Below, piece by piece: positions 17,726 through 28,367 of a stretch of DNA of 64,000 bases. The notes under the pieces were generated by a model. The model was not told the DNA's origin and ran no database searches. It saw nothing but the letters and a program-made list of their open reading frames with translations. Source of the stretch: Hyalangium minutum (GTDB lineage: Bacteria; Myxococcota; Myxococcia; Myxococcales; Myxococcaceae); assembly GCF_000737315.1 (NCBI RefSeq), contig NZ_JMCB01000002.1, positions 372,001 through 436,000 of the forward strand. Reading direction: 5' to 3'. Each line of letters begins with the position of its first letter. Position 1 is the stretch's first letter. The translations under genes were made by a program, and so were the position numbers.

Positions 17726-20182
17726 TTATGGGGCGGGACTCTGGTGGCGCTCCCAGGAGAGCATCCACGCTGGCAGCGCGAACAGCGCCGCGCTGATGCA
17801 GGTGAGCTCTCCCAGGGATGCCAGCAGCCCGAATCCCGCCAGCGCCTGGTTGTCCGCCGCCAGCAGGGATGCGTAGCCCATCATGGTGGTGCACGAGCAG
17901 AGCACGACGGCTCTGCCCGTTCCCCGGAGGATGCGCGGCAGCGAGCCGGGGCCCTCGAGCTGCCAGCGCTGGACGATGTTCACCGCGTAGTCCACGCCGA
18001 TGCCGAAGGTGATCGGGAGCACGACGAAGTTGAGGAAGTTCACCCGGGTCTGCGCCGCCGCCGCGAGCCCGACCAGCCACGCCACCCCCAGCAGCAGCCC
18101 GAAGAGCACCAGGAGCGTGGGCTTCACGCGGCGGAACACGAGGATGACCAGCAGGGTCACCGCGCCGAGCGCGAGGCCTGTCGCCCTGGGCCCATCCCGC
18201 GTGATGGCGGCCGCGATATCCGCGAAGAGCAGCGACTCGCTGACGGCCTCGGCCCGCGCCCCCGACTCCTGGATGGCCCCGCGCACCAACTGGGTGATCT
18301 CATGGAGGCTCTTGGAGTCCAGCGTGCCCACCTTGCGCGGGAAGGCGAGCGCCACCCGTCCCTCCGTGCCGTCCCTCTCCGTGAGGGCCCACAGGATGGC
18401 CCTCGGTAGATCCCGCAGCGTCACGGGCCGCACGTCCTCGGGCGGCCGGAGCTGCTCCACCTTCTGACGCTGCTGCGCGGGCAGTTGCTCCAGGCGCGCA
18501 TCGGTCAGCTCGGCCCGTAGCTCCTGGATCAGCGGGAGCTTCTCCTCCTGCCCGGAGGGAAGGACCGTCTTGAGCGTCCTCACCTCGCGCAGGGGATCCT
18601 TCGCGCCCAGCGTCGCCCGGCGTTTTTCCAGTGCCGCCACCACCTTGTCTAGATCCGCCGGTGTCTCGCCGATGATCACCACGGGCGTGAGATAGACCCG
18701 GAAGATCTCATCGATCCGTTGGCCCCAGTAGAGGGAGCCATGGAGGAGGCTTTGCCGCGAGCGCAGCCGGGTGATGTTGTACTCGATGAGCTCGCCCCGG
18801 TAGTTCAGCACCGCGGCTCCACTCAGCCCAAGCAGGACGAGCGACAGCCCCTGCAGCAACCCCCGTCGGCGGACTACCACGTGGCTCACCCAGCGTGACA
18901 GCGGTGCCCGGGGACTCTCGGAGACGTCTGCGGGCCTCCACGCCTCCATGGTGAACAGGAGCGGGGGGAGCAGCAGCGCCGCCGAGACCCAGCAGGCCGC
19001 CATGCCCACCGACCCGATGACGCCGAACTGGTTGAAGCCACGGAAGGCCGTCGCCGCGAGCGACAGGTACGCCAGGCCCGCCGCGAACGACGCTACGAAG
19101 GTTGCCGCCAGCGTGCCACGCCAAGCCCTCTGGAGGGACTGCTCCACGTCGCCTCCCGCCCTGCGCTCCTCCAGGTAGCGCGCGGAGATGATGATGGCGG
19201 CGTTGATGCCATTGCCCACGACGATGGAGCCCAGGAAGGCCGTGTTCGTGTTGAGGTGGCCCACCAGGAAGTAGGACGCTCCGAAGGTGACGGCGCAGCC
19301 CACCGCGAGCGAGCTGACGATGGCCATGATGGTGGGCCAGTGACGGAAGAAGAGCCACAGTGCCGCGAGCACGCACACCAGCACCATCACGGTGGAGGAC
19401 ACCAGGTCCTCCTGGAGCGCCTCTTGCTCCTCCACCAGCGAGGCCACCTCCCCGTCGTAGCCCACGCGCATCGTGGGATCGAAAGAGGGCGGGTCTAGCG
19501 CCTGCACCTCCTGGCGGACCCGGTCGAGGAGCTTCTTGTTGGAGGCATAGCCCGTGGCGAGCTCGGGCGGCCGGAGGAGCAGCGCCAGCAGATGGCCCTC
19601 GGGCGTCTGGTAGTAGCCGTCGCGGAAGTGCGAGGCCGCATCCCATTGCGCGCCGTACTTCTGCTCCAGGCTGCTGAAGTCCAGCGGTGGCGGCTCCTGG
19701 TCGGTGCCCAGCAGGTCCACCAGCAGCGGATTGGCGTGGCGCCGCTCCCAGGCCACGCGGTTCTGGAGTTGCTCCAGCACCGTGCGCAGGTCCTCCGTGT
19801 CCACGTAGAACAGCCCGAAGCGCTTCAGGAACGCCACGTCGGCATCCGTGCGGTACTCCACGGCTTCGAGCTCATCGCGAGGCAGCATCTTGAGCCGCGC
19901 GGCAAGCGCCTCCGCGAAGCGTTGCAAGGCGTGGGGATCCTGGCCCTCCAGCACCACCGACAGGAGGGTCACGTCGTGCAGCTTGGAGCCCCAGCGCTTG
20001 GCCGCGACCACGCTCGGTGCATCCGAGGGCAAGAGCTCTTCCACCTCGCTGCGCAGATCGCGGTACAGCAGCACCGAGAAGCAGGTACCCAAAAGGCCGA
20101 GCAGGGCTGCGGCCGCGAGCACGCCGTGGCGGTGGCGGATCAGCCAGGGCACCAGTGTTCGTGAGAGGCGCTCGACAGGCAT
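17726..20182 (-). CDS. MMPL/RND family lipid transporter
   Basis: Two TM clusters with large loops; GNGINAAII and GIGVDYAVNI motifs. Confidence 0.9.
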   Translation of the reverse strand: MPVERLSRTLVPWLIRHRHGVLAAAALLGLLGTCFSVLLYRDLRSEVEELLPSDAPSVVAAKRWGSKLHDVTLLSVVLEGQDPHALQRFAEALAARLKMLPRDELEAVEYRTDADVAFLKRFGLFYVDTEDLRTVLEQLQNRVAWERRHANPLLVDLLGTDQEPPPLDFSSLEQKYGAQWDAASHFRDGYYQTPEGHLLALLLRPPELATGYASNKKLLDRVRQEVQALDPPSFDPTMRVGYDGEVASLVEEQEALQEDLVSSTVMVLVCVLAALWLFFRHWPTIMAIVSSLAVGCAVTFGASYFLVGHLNTNTAFLGSIVVGNGINAAIIISARYLEERRAGGDVEQSLQRAWRGTLAATFVASFAAGLAYLSLAATAFRGFNQFGVIGSVGMAACWVSAALLLPPLLFTMEAWRPADVSESPRAPLSRWVSHVVVRRRGLLQGLSLVLLGLSGAAVLNYRGELIEYNITRLRSRQSLLHGSLYWGQRIDEIFRVYLTPVVIIGETPADLDKVVAALEKRRATLGAKDPLREVRTLKTVLPSGQEEKLPLIQELRAELTDARLEQLPAQQRQKVEQLRPPEDVRPVTLRDLPRAILWALTERDGTEGRVALAFPRKVGTLDSKSLHEITQLVRGAIQESGARAEAVSESLLFADIAAAITRDGPRATGLALGAVTLLVILVFRRVKPTLLVLFGLLLGVAWLVGLAAAAQTRVNFLNFVVLPITFGIGVDYAVNIVQRWQLEGPGSLPRILRGTGRAVVLCSCTTMMGYASLLAADNQALAGFGLLASLGELTCISAALFALPAWMLSWERHQSPAP

Positions 20183-20455
20183 CTCCCGCCCCGCGCCAGT
20201 TGCTTGCTGGCCATGCCGGCCCTGTTGAGTCTGTTCCCCTCCCGGCTCAGCAGCCACCGGCGCTCCGCATGGGCGCTGGAGGCACTTGCCGCGCCTCCCT
20301 GGGGAGTACAGGGGAAACGTGCATGGTCTGTTACCCACTCCGGTCGCCGGAGAGGCTCGGAGTATGGGCCTGGCGGCAGGCACCGGCGATTGCCCGTGGG
20401 GTGGAGAGGCCGTTGCTTGTTGGACGGGGCGTCAGAGAAGGCTTGGCGGCTCAGG

Positions 20456-22312
20456 CTATGGAGGCTCGGCCGGGAACAGCTGGGCGCGCAGCGTCTCCGT
20501 CTTGCGGCGGCGGTGCGCGTTGCCATCATCCAGCAGGGTGGCCAGCGAGTATTGCCGGAGCGCGGGTTCGCGCTTGCCCTCCCGGAGCAAGGTGTCGCCG
20601 CGGGCGTCGGCCAGCTCCGCCAGCCGCTTCCGCGCGGCCCTGTCCGGAAGCTCCTTGCGCGGCTTGTACGCCGTGACACAGCGCCAGCGCTTGAGCGCCC
20701 GCGGCGCCTGGTCCTCGCGGATCTCCTGCTCGAAGCGCTGAATGAGTGCCTCGAGGCCCAGGGCCAGGGTGGTCGCCTTGCCCTCGGGACAGCGCGGATC
20801 TTCCGTCGCGCTCAGCCCGTTGAGCATGAAGAAGGAGCCGCCGATGGGGTGGAACTCGGCCATCAGTTTCTGGAGGTTGACGAAGTAGCCACTCGGACCG
20901 TGCAGGTCCATGAGGATAGGAGGCCCCTCCGAGACCAGGTAGTCCTCCATCGCGCCCAGCCGCAGCCGGTGCCGCGCCACCGCGTAGTCCGCCAGTCCGG
21001 CCAGATCGATGATCTCCGCGTTGCGCATCACCATGGCCAGCCCGCCCAGGTCCGGGTACGCCACCAGCGGCCGCAGCTGCCCGAGCTGCCGCGTGGTGGC
21101 CCGCACCTGCTCGGCGAGGCCCGCGATGAACGTGTACGGCAGCTCCGGCGCGGCCTTCACCTGCGGAGATCGCTCGAGGCTCTCGCGCGCCACGCGGTTT
21201 CCCGGGATGAGCACCAGCGCCACCGCCAGGAGCCGCAGCGTGCGCGCCGGCCACACCGCGCCCCGGTTCGCGATGCGCGCGCTCCACTCGCGCAGTCCGG
21301 AGATTCCCGTGGCCACCGCCACGCCCAGCAGCGGCACCAGCGGCGCGATGAAGCGCCACTCGCGCATCCAGTCGCCCTTCGCTCGCCACACGAAGAAGAC
21401 GCCACAGCCCACGAAGAGGCAGGTGAGCGCGGTTCGGCGCACCTCGTCCCGGCCGCCGGACAGCCCCAGCACCGCGCACACCACCGCGAGCTTGCACAGC
21501 GGCCCATACGTGAGCGCGAAGGTCTCCAGGTACTGCCCCACCTGAAAGTCCATCGTGCTCTTGGCGTAGTACGTGTTGGGCAGCAGGTCCGCGAAGAGGC
21601 TCCAGCGCACCACGAGCCAGCCGCCCACCAGCGCCACCAGCCACGCGCCGATGCGCCACTCCTGCCGCCCAGGCCAGCGCCGCTCCAGGCCCCGGCTCAC
21701 CACCCAGAGCACCGCCGAGGCCCCGGCGAAGAGCACGCCCTCGGGCCGCGTGAGGCAGAGCAGCCCCAGCGCCCAGCCCGCATGCGCCGAGCGCCCCGTG
21801 CGCAGCTCCTTCAGCACGAAGAGCCCGGAGATCGCCAGCAGGAAGGCCTCCAGCCCCGTCTCCATGCCGCTGGAGATCCAATACGCATAGGTAGGGTTCA
21901 TCGCCGCCACGAGCGGCCCCAGTGCATCCTCCACTCGCAAATCCCTGCCGCGTGCGGCCGGTCCCCAATAGGAGAAGGCGGGCAGCGCGAGGACTCCGAA
22001 GATGATGCCCAACACGTGTGTGTAGGAGACCGGGTCTCGCCCCAGCGGCCGGCTCAGCCCCAGCAGCAGGGTCCACAGTGGGTTGGAGAAGCCCTCCACG
22101 GGCTGGGAGAACGGGGTGATGCGCAGGCCGTGTCCCGCGAACAGGGTCTGGCTGTAGGCCAGCGAGATGGCCGCATCATCCACGATGGGCACGGCCAGGT
22201 AGCGGCAGTGGTAGGCCAGTCCCACCGTGGCCGCGAGCACGAGCCCCACCGTGAACCAGGGCTCGAGCCGCGCCACACGTAGGGACCATGGCGAGAGGCC
22301 GGGCGAGGACAT
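20456..22312 (-). CDS. GT-C-like membrane glycosyltransferase with C-terminal soluble domain
   Basis: [52 protein letters not shown] motifs; multiple TMs. Confidence 0.75.
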   Translation of the reverse strand: MSSPGLSPWSLRVARLEPWFTVGLVLAATVGLAYHCRYLAVPIVDDAAISLAYSQTLFAGHGLRITPFSQPVEGFSNPLWTLLLGLSRPLGRDPVSYTHVLGIIFGVLALPAFSYWGPAARGRDLRVEDALGPLVAAMNPTYAYWISSGMETGLEAFLLAISGLFVLKELRTGRSAHAGWALGLLCLTRPEGVLFAGASAVLWVVSRGLERRWPGRQEWRIGAWLVALVGGWLVVRWSLFADLLPNTYYAKSTMDFQVGQYLETFALTYGPLCKLAVVCAVLGLSGGRDEVRRTALTCLFVGCGVFFVWRAKGDWMREWRFIAPLVPLLGVAVATGISGLREWSARIANRGAVWPARTLRLLAVALVLIPGNRVARESLERSPQVKAAPELPYTFIAGLAEQVRATTRQLGQLRPLVAYPDLGGLAMVMRNAEIIDLAGLADYAVARHRLRLGAMEDYLVSEGPPILMDLHGPSGYFVNLQKLMAEFHPIGGSFFMLNGLSATEDPRCPEGKATTLALGLEALIQRFEQEIREDQAPRALKRWRCVTAYKPRKELPDRAARKRLAELADARGDTLLREGKREPALRQYSLATLLDDGNAHRRRKTETLRAQLFPAEPP

Positions 22313-22403
22313 GCCCGTGTGCCTCTATGACAGCCGAGGCGGGGAATCCAGCCTGCTCGGGAGCCCGCCAGGACGCCCAGGAAGGTGGTATGCCCAGAGG
22401 CCT

Positions 22404-23195
22404 ATGACTTCTCCCGTGGCTCTCATCACTGGCGGCTCGCGAGGCGTGGGCCGGAGTGTCTCCCTGCGGCTGGCCCAGGCCGGTTATGACATCGTCTCCA
22501 CCTACCGGCGCGATGCCGAGGCCGCCGCGTCGCTGGCCCGGGAAGTCGAGGCGCTCGGCCGCCGCTGCCGCACCGTCGTTGCCGACCAGCTGGAGCCCGC
22601 CAGCCTCCACTCCGCGTTCGACACCGTTCAGCAGGAGTTCGGCGGGTTGGATGTCTTCGTGGCCAACGCGGCCTCCACCGCCTTCGTGCCGCTGATGCAG
22701 ATGAAGCTCCACCAAATGGACAAGACGTTCAACGTCACGGTGAAGAGCTTCGTGCTCGGCGTGCAGCGCGCCGTGCCGCTCATGGAGGGCCGCCGGGGCC
22801 GCATCGTCGCGGTGTCCGGCATGGACTCGCGCACGCCGCTGCCCTTCCACGGGCTTTTGGGCGCCATGAAGGGCTCCATGGAGATTCTGGTGAAGTACTT
22901 CGCCGCCGAGCTGGCCGGCACCGGCATTCGCGTCAACGCCGTGAACCCGGGCTACATCGACACGGACTCCAGCCGCTTCTACATGGGCGACTCCTGGAAT
23001 GCCCTGGAGGCCCGTATCAAGGAGACCGTGCCGGTGGGCAACATCGCCAGCCCGGACGAGATTGCCCGCCCCATCGAGTGGCTCTGCTCCGAGGCCTCCT
23101 CCTACATCAACGGCCAGACGATCGTCGTGGATGGGGGGCTCGAGGTGAACTACGGGATGAACATGGCCGTCCAGCTCTCCCAGCCGACCCGGTGA
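22404..23195 (+). CDS. SDR oxidoreductase, FabL-like enoyl-ACP reductase family
   Basis: [31 protein letters not shown]; H-x6-K where FabL/FabI have Y-x6-K. Confidence 0.8.
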   Translation: MTSPVALITGGSRGVGRSVSLRLAQAGYDIVSTYRRDAEAAASLAREVEALGRRCRTVVADQLEPASLHSAFDTVQQEFGGLDVFVANAASTAFVPLMQMKLHQMDKTFNVTVKSFVLGVQRAVPLMEGRRGRIVAVSGMDSRTPLPFHGLLGAMKGSMEILVKYFAAELAGTGIRVNAVNPGYIDTDSSRFYMGDSWNALEARIKETVPVGNIASPDEIARPIEWLCSEASSYINGQTIVVDGGLEVNYGMNMAVQLSQPTR

Positions 23196-23196
23196 C

Positions 23197-23964
23197 ATGT
23201 CGAAGCGCCTGACCACCGCCGCGTTCGTCTTCTTCTTCCTGCTCACCGCGCCGGTGTGCACGGTGCTGGGCGTGTTGCTGTGGCTCGTGACGCTGCCGTT
23301 CGATCCGAACAAGGCCGTGCTGCACGCCTTCGTGTGCCGCTGGTGCCACACCCTCTATCTGGCGTGGCCCGGCTGGCGCGTGCGAATTGAAGGCCGGGAG
23401 TTGCTGCCTCGCGGGCCCGCCGTCCTCATCTCCAACCACCAGTCCGCCATGGACATCGTCACCACCATGGGGCTGTTCCATCCCTTCAAGTTCGTGGCCA
23501 AGGCCTCGCTCTTCAAGGTGCCCATGGTGGGCTGGCTGATGTCGCTGATGCGCTACGTGCCGGTGGAGCGTGGGCACGTGCACGCCATGGACAAGATGTT
23601 GGAGGACTGCCGCGGGTGGCTCCGCCAGGGCGTAGCGGTGCTCATCTACCCCGAGGGCACCTATGCGCCCCCGGGCCAGCGGCTGCCGTTCAAGCGCGGC
23701 GCGTTCCGGCTCGCCATCGAAGAGCACGTCCCCGTGGTGCCGGTGGTGGTGGAGGGCACCACGGACCTCATTGAAGGGGATGGCCCGTGGATGAACCCGC
23801 GTGCCCACCTGCGCGTGCGCGTGCTGCCGCCGCTGCCCGCGGACGCGCTGGGGAGCGATCCCCTGGCGCTCGCCGCGCGGGTCCGTGCGCTCTACTTCGA
23901 GGCGCTCGGCCTGCCGCCTCCGCCCGCCGAGCCCGTGGATGAAAGGACAGCTCAATGCGCCTGA
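23197..23964 (+). CDS. plsC: 1-acyl-sn-glycerol-3-phosphate acyltransferase family
   Basis: SNHQSAMD, FVAK, YPEGT, FKRGAF motifs. Confidence 0.88.
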   Translation: MSKRLTTAAFVFFFLLTAPVCTVLGVLLWLVTLPFDPNKAVLHAFVCRWCHTLYLAWPGWRVRIEGRELLPRGPAVLISNHQSAMDIVTTMGLFHPFKFVAKASLFKVPMVGWLMSLMRYVPVERGHVHAMDKMLEDCRGWLRQGVAVLIYPEGTYAPPGQRLPFKRGAFRLAIEEHVPVVPVVVEGTTDLIEGDGPWMNPRAHLRVRVLPPLPADALGSDPLALAARVRALYFEALGLPPPPAEPVDERTAQCA

Positions 23965-24734
23965 GCCTCTTTCAGGTGGATGCCTTCACCTCCCGCGTCT
24001 TCGGCGGCAACCCCGCCGCCGTCGTCCCACTGGATGCATGGCTGCCGGATGCCACGCTCCAGGCCATCGCGCTGGAGAACAACCTCTCGGAGACAGCCTT
24101 CTTCGTGAAGGAGGGCGAGGGCTACCGGCTGCGGTGGTTCACCCCGGCGCAGGAGGTGGACTTGTGCGGCCACGCCACGCTGGCCTCCGCCTATGTCCTC
24201 TTCCACCACCTCTCCCGGGAGCTGCAGCAGGTGGAGTTCGCCTCGCGCTCCGGGCCGCTGAAGGTGGCGCGCGAGGGGGACTGGCTGGTGATGGACTTTC
24301 CCGCGAGGCCTCCTCGGGCCTTCACTCCGCCGCTGGAGCTGGCCCAGGCGCTGGGGGCCAGCCCGCGCGAGGTGCTCGCGTCGCGCGACTGGGTGGCCGT
24401 GTTCGACTCGGAGGCGCAGGTTCGCGGGCTGAAGCCGGACCTGACGCGGCTGGCCCAGCTGGACACCTTCGCGGTGACGGTGACGGCGCCGGGCGACGAG
24501 GTGGACTTCGTCTCGCGCTTCTTCGCGCCGCGCGCGGGCGTGCCGGAGGATCCGGTGACGGGCTCGGCGCACTGCTCGCTGGTGCCCTATTGGGCCAAGC
24601 GGCTGGGCAAGACGCGGCTCACGGCCCGCCAGGTGTCCGCGCGCGGCGGCGAGCTGCGCTGCGAGGAGCGCGAGAGCCGGGTGCACATCGCTGGCCAGGC
24701 GGCGCTCTACCTAGAGGGCGTCATCACCTTCTGA
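23955..24734 (+). CDS. PhzF family epimerase/isomerase
   Basis: QVDAF, GGNPAAV, NLSETAF, EVDLCGHATLA, EDPVTGSAH. Confidence 0.95.
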   Translation: MRLSLFQVDAFTSRVFGGNPAAVVPLDAWLPDATLQAIALENNLSETAFFVKEGEGYRLRWFTPAQEVDLCGHATLASAYVLFHHLSRELQQVEFASRSGPLKVAREGDWLVMDFPARPPRAFTPPLELAQALGASPREVLASRDWVAVFDSEAQVRGLKPDLTRLAQLDTFAVTVTAPGDEVDFVSRFFAPRAGVPEDPVTGSAHCSLVPYWAKRLGKTRLTARQVSARGGELRCEERESRVHIAGQAALYLEGVITF

Positions 24735-24740
24735 GGTGGC

Positions 24741-25352
24741 TCAGCCCTCCGTCCAGCCCTTGGAGCGCCGCGAGGCCTCCTCCAGCGTGTGGGCCAGCAT
24801 GAGCGCGGGGCCGGTGAGCTCCTCCAGCTCTTCCACGGTGGAGGGGATTTTGCGGTGCTCGGCGTGGATCCACCCCGCGCGGATGTGAAAGTCCCGGTAG
24901 TGGTTGGCCATCTCGTAGAGGTGCTGCTGGACGGACTCGTTGCGCAGCACCCGGGCGGTCTCGCGGGAGACGTTGTTCAGCTCGAAGAGCCGGTCGAACG
25001 CCTTGTCGCCGATCTCCGCATCCTTCCGGCCGAAGAGCTTGAGCAGCTTGTCTCCCAGGCCCTCCTGCTCCAGCGAGAAGTCCGGGGACAGCCCTCCGTT
25101 GGTCGAGAGGCGCAGCACCGTCACCGTGTACCGCTCCTTGCCGGAGCCGCGGATCTGGAGCTCCAAACGCATGGGGTACCCTTCGTAGGAGCCCTCGATC
25201 TTCAGGCCGTCCGCGCACATGTCATGGCGGCGGGCGAACTCGGCCCAGGCCGCAACCCTCGCTTTGTGCCTCCTCACGAACAGGTACACGACAAGGACCA
25301 CGAAGGCGATGAAGGAGACGGCGATGATCACCTGCTGGACCACGTTGAGCAT
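24741..25352 (-). CDS. Hypothetical single-TM protein
   Basis: N-terminal TM followed by a basic patch and a soluble domain; GC3 bias. Confidence 0.65.
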   Translation of the reverse strand: MLNVVQQVIIAVSFIAFVVLVVYLFVRRHKARVAAWAEFARRHDMCADGLKIEGSYEGYPMRLELQIRGSGKERYTVTVLRLSTNGGLSPDFSLEQEGLGDKLLKLFGRKDAEIGDKAFDRLFELNNVSRETARVLRNESVQQHLYEMANHYRDFHIRAGWIHAEHRKIPSTVEELEELTGPALMLAHTLEEASRRSKGWTEG

Positions 25353-25452
25353 GGCCGGAATTCTGCACTCAGGCCTCGATGGGAGGAAAGGCAGGGGCTC
25401 CGGGAGCCACGTGCTTCGTGTCGCCACAGGGGGGCACTGGTAGTGTGGGCGG

Positions 25453-28116
25453 ATGCGCTCTCTTCTCGTTTGCTTCGTGTTGCTCGCGCTGTGGGCCGCT
25501 CCCTCGGTGGCGGCTGTTCCCACCGGCTTCCAGGAAACGAAGTACAGCTCCTCGGCTCTCACTCCCGCCACCGGTCTCGGCTGGGCACCGGATGGCTCGG
25601 GACGGCTCTTCCTGCTCAACAAGAATGGCACCGTGCGCATCGCGACGATGCGCGACGGGGAGCTCGTCAAGCAGGGCACCTCGCTGGCGACGGCGGTGTT
25701 CGCCACCGAGTCCGTCTACACCAACAGCGAGTGCGGCCTTATCGGCCTGGCGTTCGATCCGAACTACGCCGTCAACCGCTACGTCTACCTGTTCCTGACG
25801 GCGCCCGGCGGCACCAAGCAGATGATCGTCCGCTACACGGATGCCAATGGGGTGGGCACGGCGCGCACGGTCATCGTCGACAACCTGCCCACGGCCGGTC
25901 AGAACCATGACGGCGGGGCGCTGGGCTTCGGGCCGGACGGGAAGCTGTACTGGGCCATTGGAGACCTGGGCAATGGCACGGGAGTGAATGCGGATCTCAC
26001 CTCGCTGGCGGCCAAGGTGGGCCGCGCCAACCTGGACGGCACGCCCGCCAACGACAACCCCTTCAATGACGGGGTGGGTCCCAACAACGAGTACATCTGG
26101 GCGCGGGGCTTCCGGAACCCGTTCACCTTTACGTTCCAGCCCGCCACGGGGAAGCTGTGGGTGAACACGGTGGGCACGGGCTACGAGCAGATCTTCGTTC
26201 CCATCGAGAGAGACAACGCGGGCTACAACGCCTACGAGAACAACCAGCCGGCCAACGGGTACATCACCCCGGTCATCAAGTACCGGACCAACGGCACGGA
26301 CACGCGCACCTTCACAGCGAATGGAGCGGTGCGCAGCGGGGGCGTGGCCACCTTCACCACCACGGAGGCGCACTTCTTCCGCAAGGGCGAGAAGATCACC
26401 GTGTCCGGGGTGACGAACACGGGCTTCAACGGCACGATGTACGTGGCGAGCACCCCGAACGCCACCACGTGGACGGCGGCGCAGGCCGGTCCGGACGCCA
26501 TGAGCGGCGGAGGGCAGGCCGTCACGGACAACCTGGGCGGCTCCATCACGGGCGGTACCTTCTACGACTCGACGCTCTTCCCGGCGGAGTACCGGGGCAA
26601 CTTCTTCTTCGGCGACTACAACTCGCACCGGCTGGTGCGCGCCACGCTGGCCTCGGACAACTCGGTGGCCACGGTGGACTCGTGGGGCACGGACTTCACC
26701 CAGGCCGTGGACATGGACGTGGGGCCCGATGGCGCGCTGTATGTGGTGGGCGTCACCTCGGGCAGCGTCACCCGGGTCATGCCCGCGCAGGTGGCACAGA
26801 AGCTCATCGTCTCCGGGCTGAACCTGCGGGTCGTCGAGGGCGGCCAGCTGGTCTTCACCGTGCGGCTGGCTCAAGCGCCCACGGCGGATGTCACGGTCAG
26901 CGTGCAGCGGGTCTCGGGGGATGGGGACCTGACGGTGGCCAGTGGCGCGCTGCTCACTTTCACTCCCGCCAACTGGAACCAGCTCCAGCTCGTCACGATT
27001 GCGTCGGCCGAGGATGCGGACTCCACCCCCGATACAGCCTCCTTCGAGGTGGCCGCGCAGGGCCTGAGCACGGAGACGGTGGTGGTGACGTCCATCGACA
27101 ACAACGCGGCGCGGCTCGTGCTGTCCAACACGGCGCTGACGCTGGACGAGGGCGGGAACGGTACGTTCACAGTGGCGCTGTCCAAGCGGCCCACGAGCAA
27201 CGTCAGCGTCACGGTGGCACGGACCGAGGGGGACTCGGATGTCTCCGTCACGGGGAGCGCGACCCTGAGCTTTACGGTGGGCAACTGGAACACGCCGCAG
27301 ACAGTCACCGTGGCGGCTGCCGAGGACGCGGACAACGTGAACGACACCGCGACGCTCACCCTGGCCATCCCGGAAGCGGATGCGCGCACCGTGTCCGTCA
27401 CCGTGAGGGACAATGTGCCGTCGGCTCCGGCCATCCTCTCCACGCCCGTCACGAACGCGGTGGTGGGGGCTCCGTACCGCTACGAGGTGCAAGCCCAGGG
27501 CCTGCCCACGCCCACCTTTTCTCTGACGAGCAATGTTTCGGGGCCGGTCATCGATGCGAGTACGGGCGTCATCCGCTGGACGCCCACGGTGGTGGGCCTC
27601 GTGGACGTGACAGTCCGCGCGGCCAACGGGGTGAGCCCGGATGCGGAACAGACCTTCCAGATCACCGTCAAGGCGGACGAGCCCCCTCGCGCGGTGCTCA
27701 CGAGGCCCACGGAGGGGGAGCGCGTCGCCGGGGCGATGGCGGAGTTCTTCGGCGACTGCTTGGACGACGTGGGCTGCACGAAGGCGGAGTTCTACGTGGA
27801 CGGGGTGCTGGGGAGCACGGATGCGCAGACCTCCGGGCACTACCACTATGGTGGCGAGCACAACCGGTGGGACACGACCTCGCTGACGCCCGGGGCCCAT
27901 CAGGTCCGCATGGTCGTCTACGACACGACGGGCAGGAGCGCAGCGGCCGAGGTCAAGGTGTGCGTGGGAGACGGCCCGTGCGTGACTTCCGAGCCGGAGG
28001 AGCCGGAAGAGCCGGAGGTGCCGGAAGAGGAGGGTGGGTGTGGCTGCGGTGCGGGAGCCGGCGGTGCGGCGGCGTGGCTGGCGGTGGTGCTGTTCCTGCG
28101 GCGCCGGCGCACGTAG
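25453..28116 (+). CDS. Surface PQQ-dependent sugar dehydrogenase (GSDH) + Calx-beta + Ig domains + MYXO-CTERM
   Basis: NHDGGALGFGPDGKLY, ARGFRNPF, VGPDGALY; two FTPANWN/FTVGNWN repeats; GCGCGAG + TM + RRRR. Confidence 0.92.
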   Translation: MRSLLVCFVLLALWAAPSVAAVPTGFQETKYSSSALTPATGLGWAPDGSGRLFLLNKNGTVRIATMRDGELVKQGTSLATAVFATESVYTNSECGLIGLAFDPNYAVNRYVYLFLTAPGGTKQMIVRYTDANGVGTARTVIVDNLPTAGQNHDGGALGFGPDGKLYWAIGDLGNGTGVNADLTSLAAKVGRANLDGTPANDNPFNDGVGPNNEYIWARGFRNPFTFTFQPATGKLWVNTVGTGYEQIFVPIERDNAGYNAYENNQPANGYITPVIKYRTNGTDTRTFTANGAVRSGGVATFTTTEAHFFRKGEKITVSGVTNTGFNGTMYVASTPNATTWTAAQAGPDAMSGGGQAVTDNLGGSITGGTFYDSTLFPAEYRGNFFFGDYNSHRLVRATLASDNSVATVDSWGTDFTQAVDMDVGPDGALYVVGVTSGSVTRVMPAQVAQKLIVSGLNLRVVEGGQLVFTVRLAQAPTADVTVSVQRVSGDGDLTVASGALLTFTPANWNQLQLVTIASAEDADSTPDTASFEVAAQGLSTETVVVTSIDNNAARLVLSNTALTLDEGGNGTFTVALSKRPTSNVSVTVARTEGDSDVSVTGSATLSFTVGNWNTPQTVTVAAAEDADNVNDTATLTLAIPEADARTVSVTVRDNVPSAPAILSTPVTNAVVGAPYRYEVQAQGLPTPTFSLTSNVSGPVIDASTGVIRWTPTVVGLVDVTVRAANGVSPDAEQTFQITVKADEPPRAVLTRPTEGERVAGAMAEFFGDCLDDVGCTKAEFYVDGVLGSTDAQTSGHYHYGGEHNRWDTTSLTPGAHQVRMVVYDTTGRSAAAEVKVCVGDGPCVTSEPEEPEEPEVPEEEGGCGCGAGAGGAAAWLAVVLFLRRRRT

Positions 28117-28117
28117 T

Positions 28118-28139
28118 CCGCCGCTCCGAGGCGCGGCGG
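28118..28139. terminator. GC-rich hairpin after the GSDH gene
   Basis: CCGCCGC-N8-GCGGCGG immediately after the stop codon. Confidence 0.35.
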
Positions 28140-28146
28140 CTCGGGG

Positions 28147-28316
28147 TCAGCGGTCGATGACCCAGCGGATGGACGTGGACGCCTGGAGGTCGAGCTCCTG
28201 GCGTCCCAGCGTGCCCTCACGGCCGAAGAGCAGGGTGATGGGCCGGGCTCTCCGTCGAGCGTGTAACTCGTCGGAGTGTCCTGGTTCGTCGTGCTTCTCG
28301 GAGTCGGGAGCTTCAC
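28147..28316 (-). pseudogene. Frameshifted small gene or 3' gene relic
   Basis: VKLPTPRSTTNQDTPTSYTLDGEPG, then (one base missing) PITLLFGREGTLGRQELDLQASTSIRWVIDR-stop; the second part has a coding-like GC3 pattern. Confidence 0.35.
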
Positions 28317-28367
28317 CGTCGGTCGAATGACCGATGCGGCCAGGACCGGGGGCCTGCCGCCGGTTTT

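Noticed and set aside
25369-27900. 843-aa minus-strand ORF
   Set aside because: Antisense shadow of the GSDH gene.
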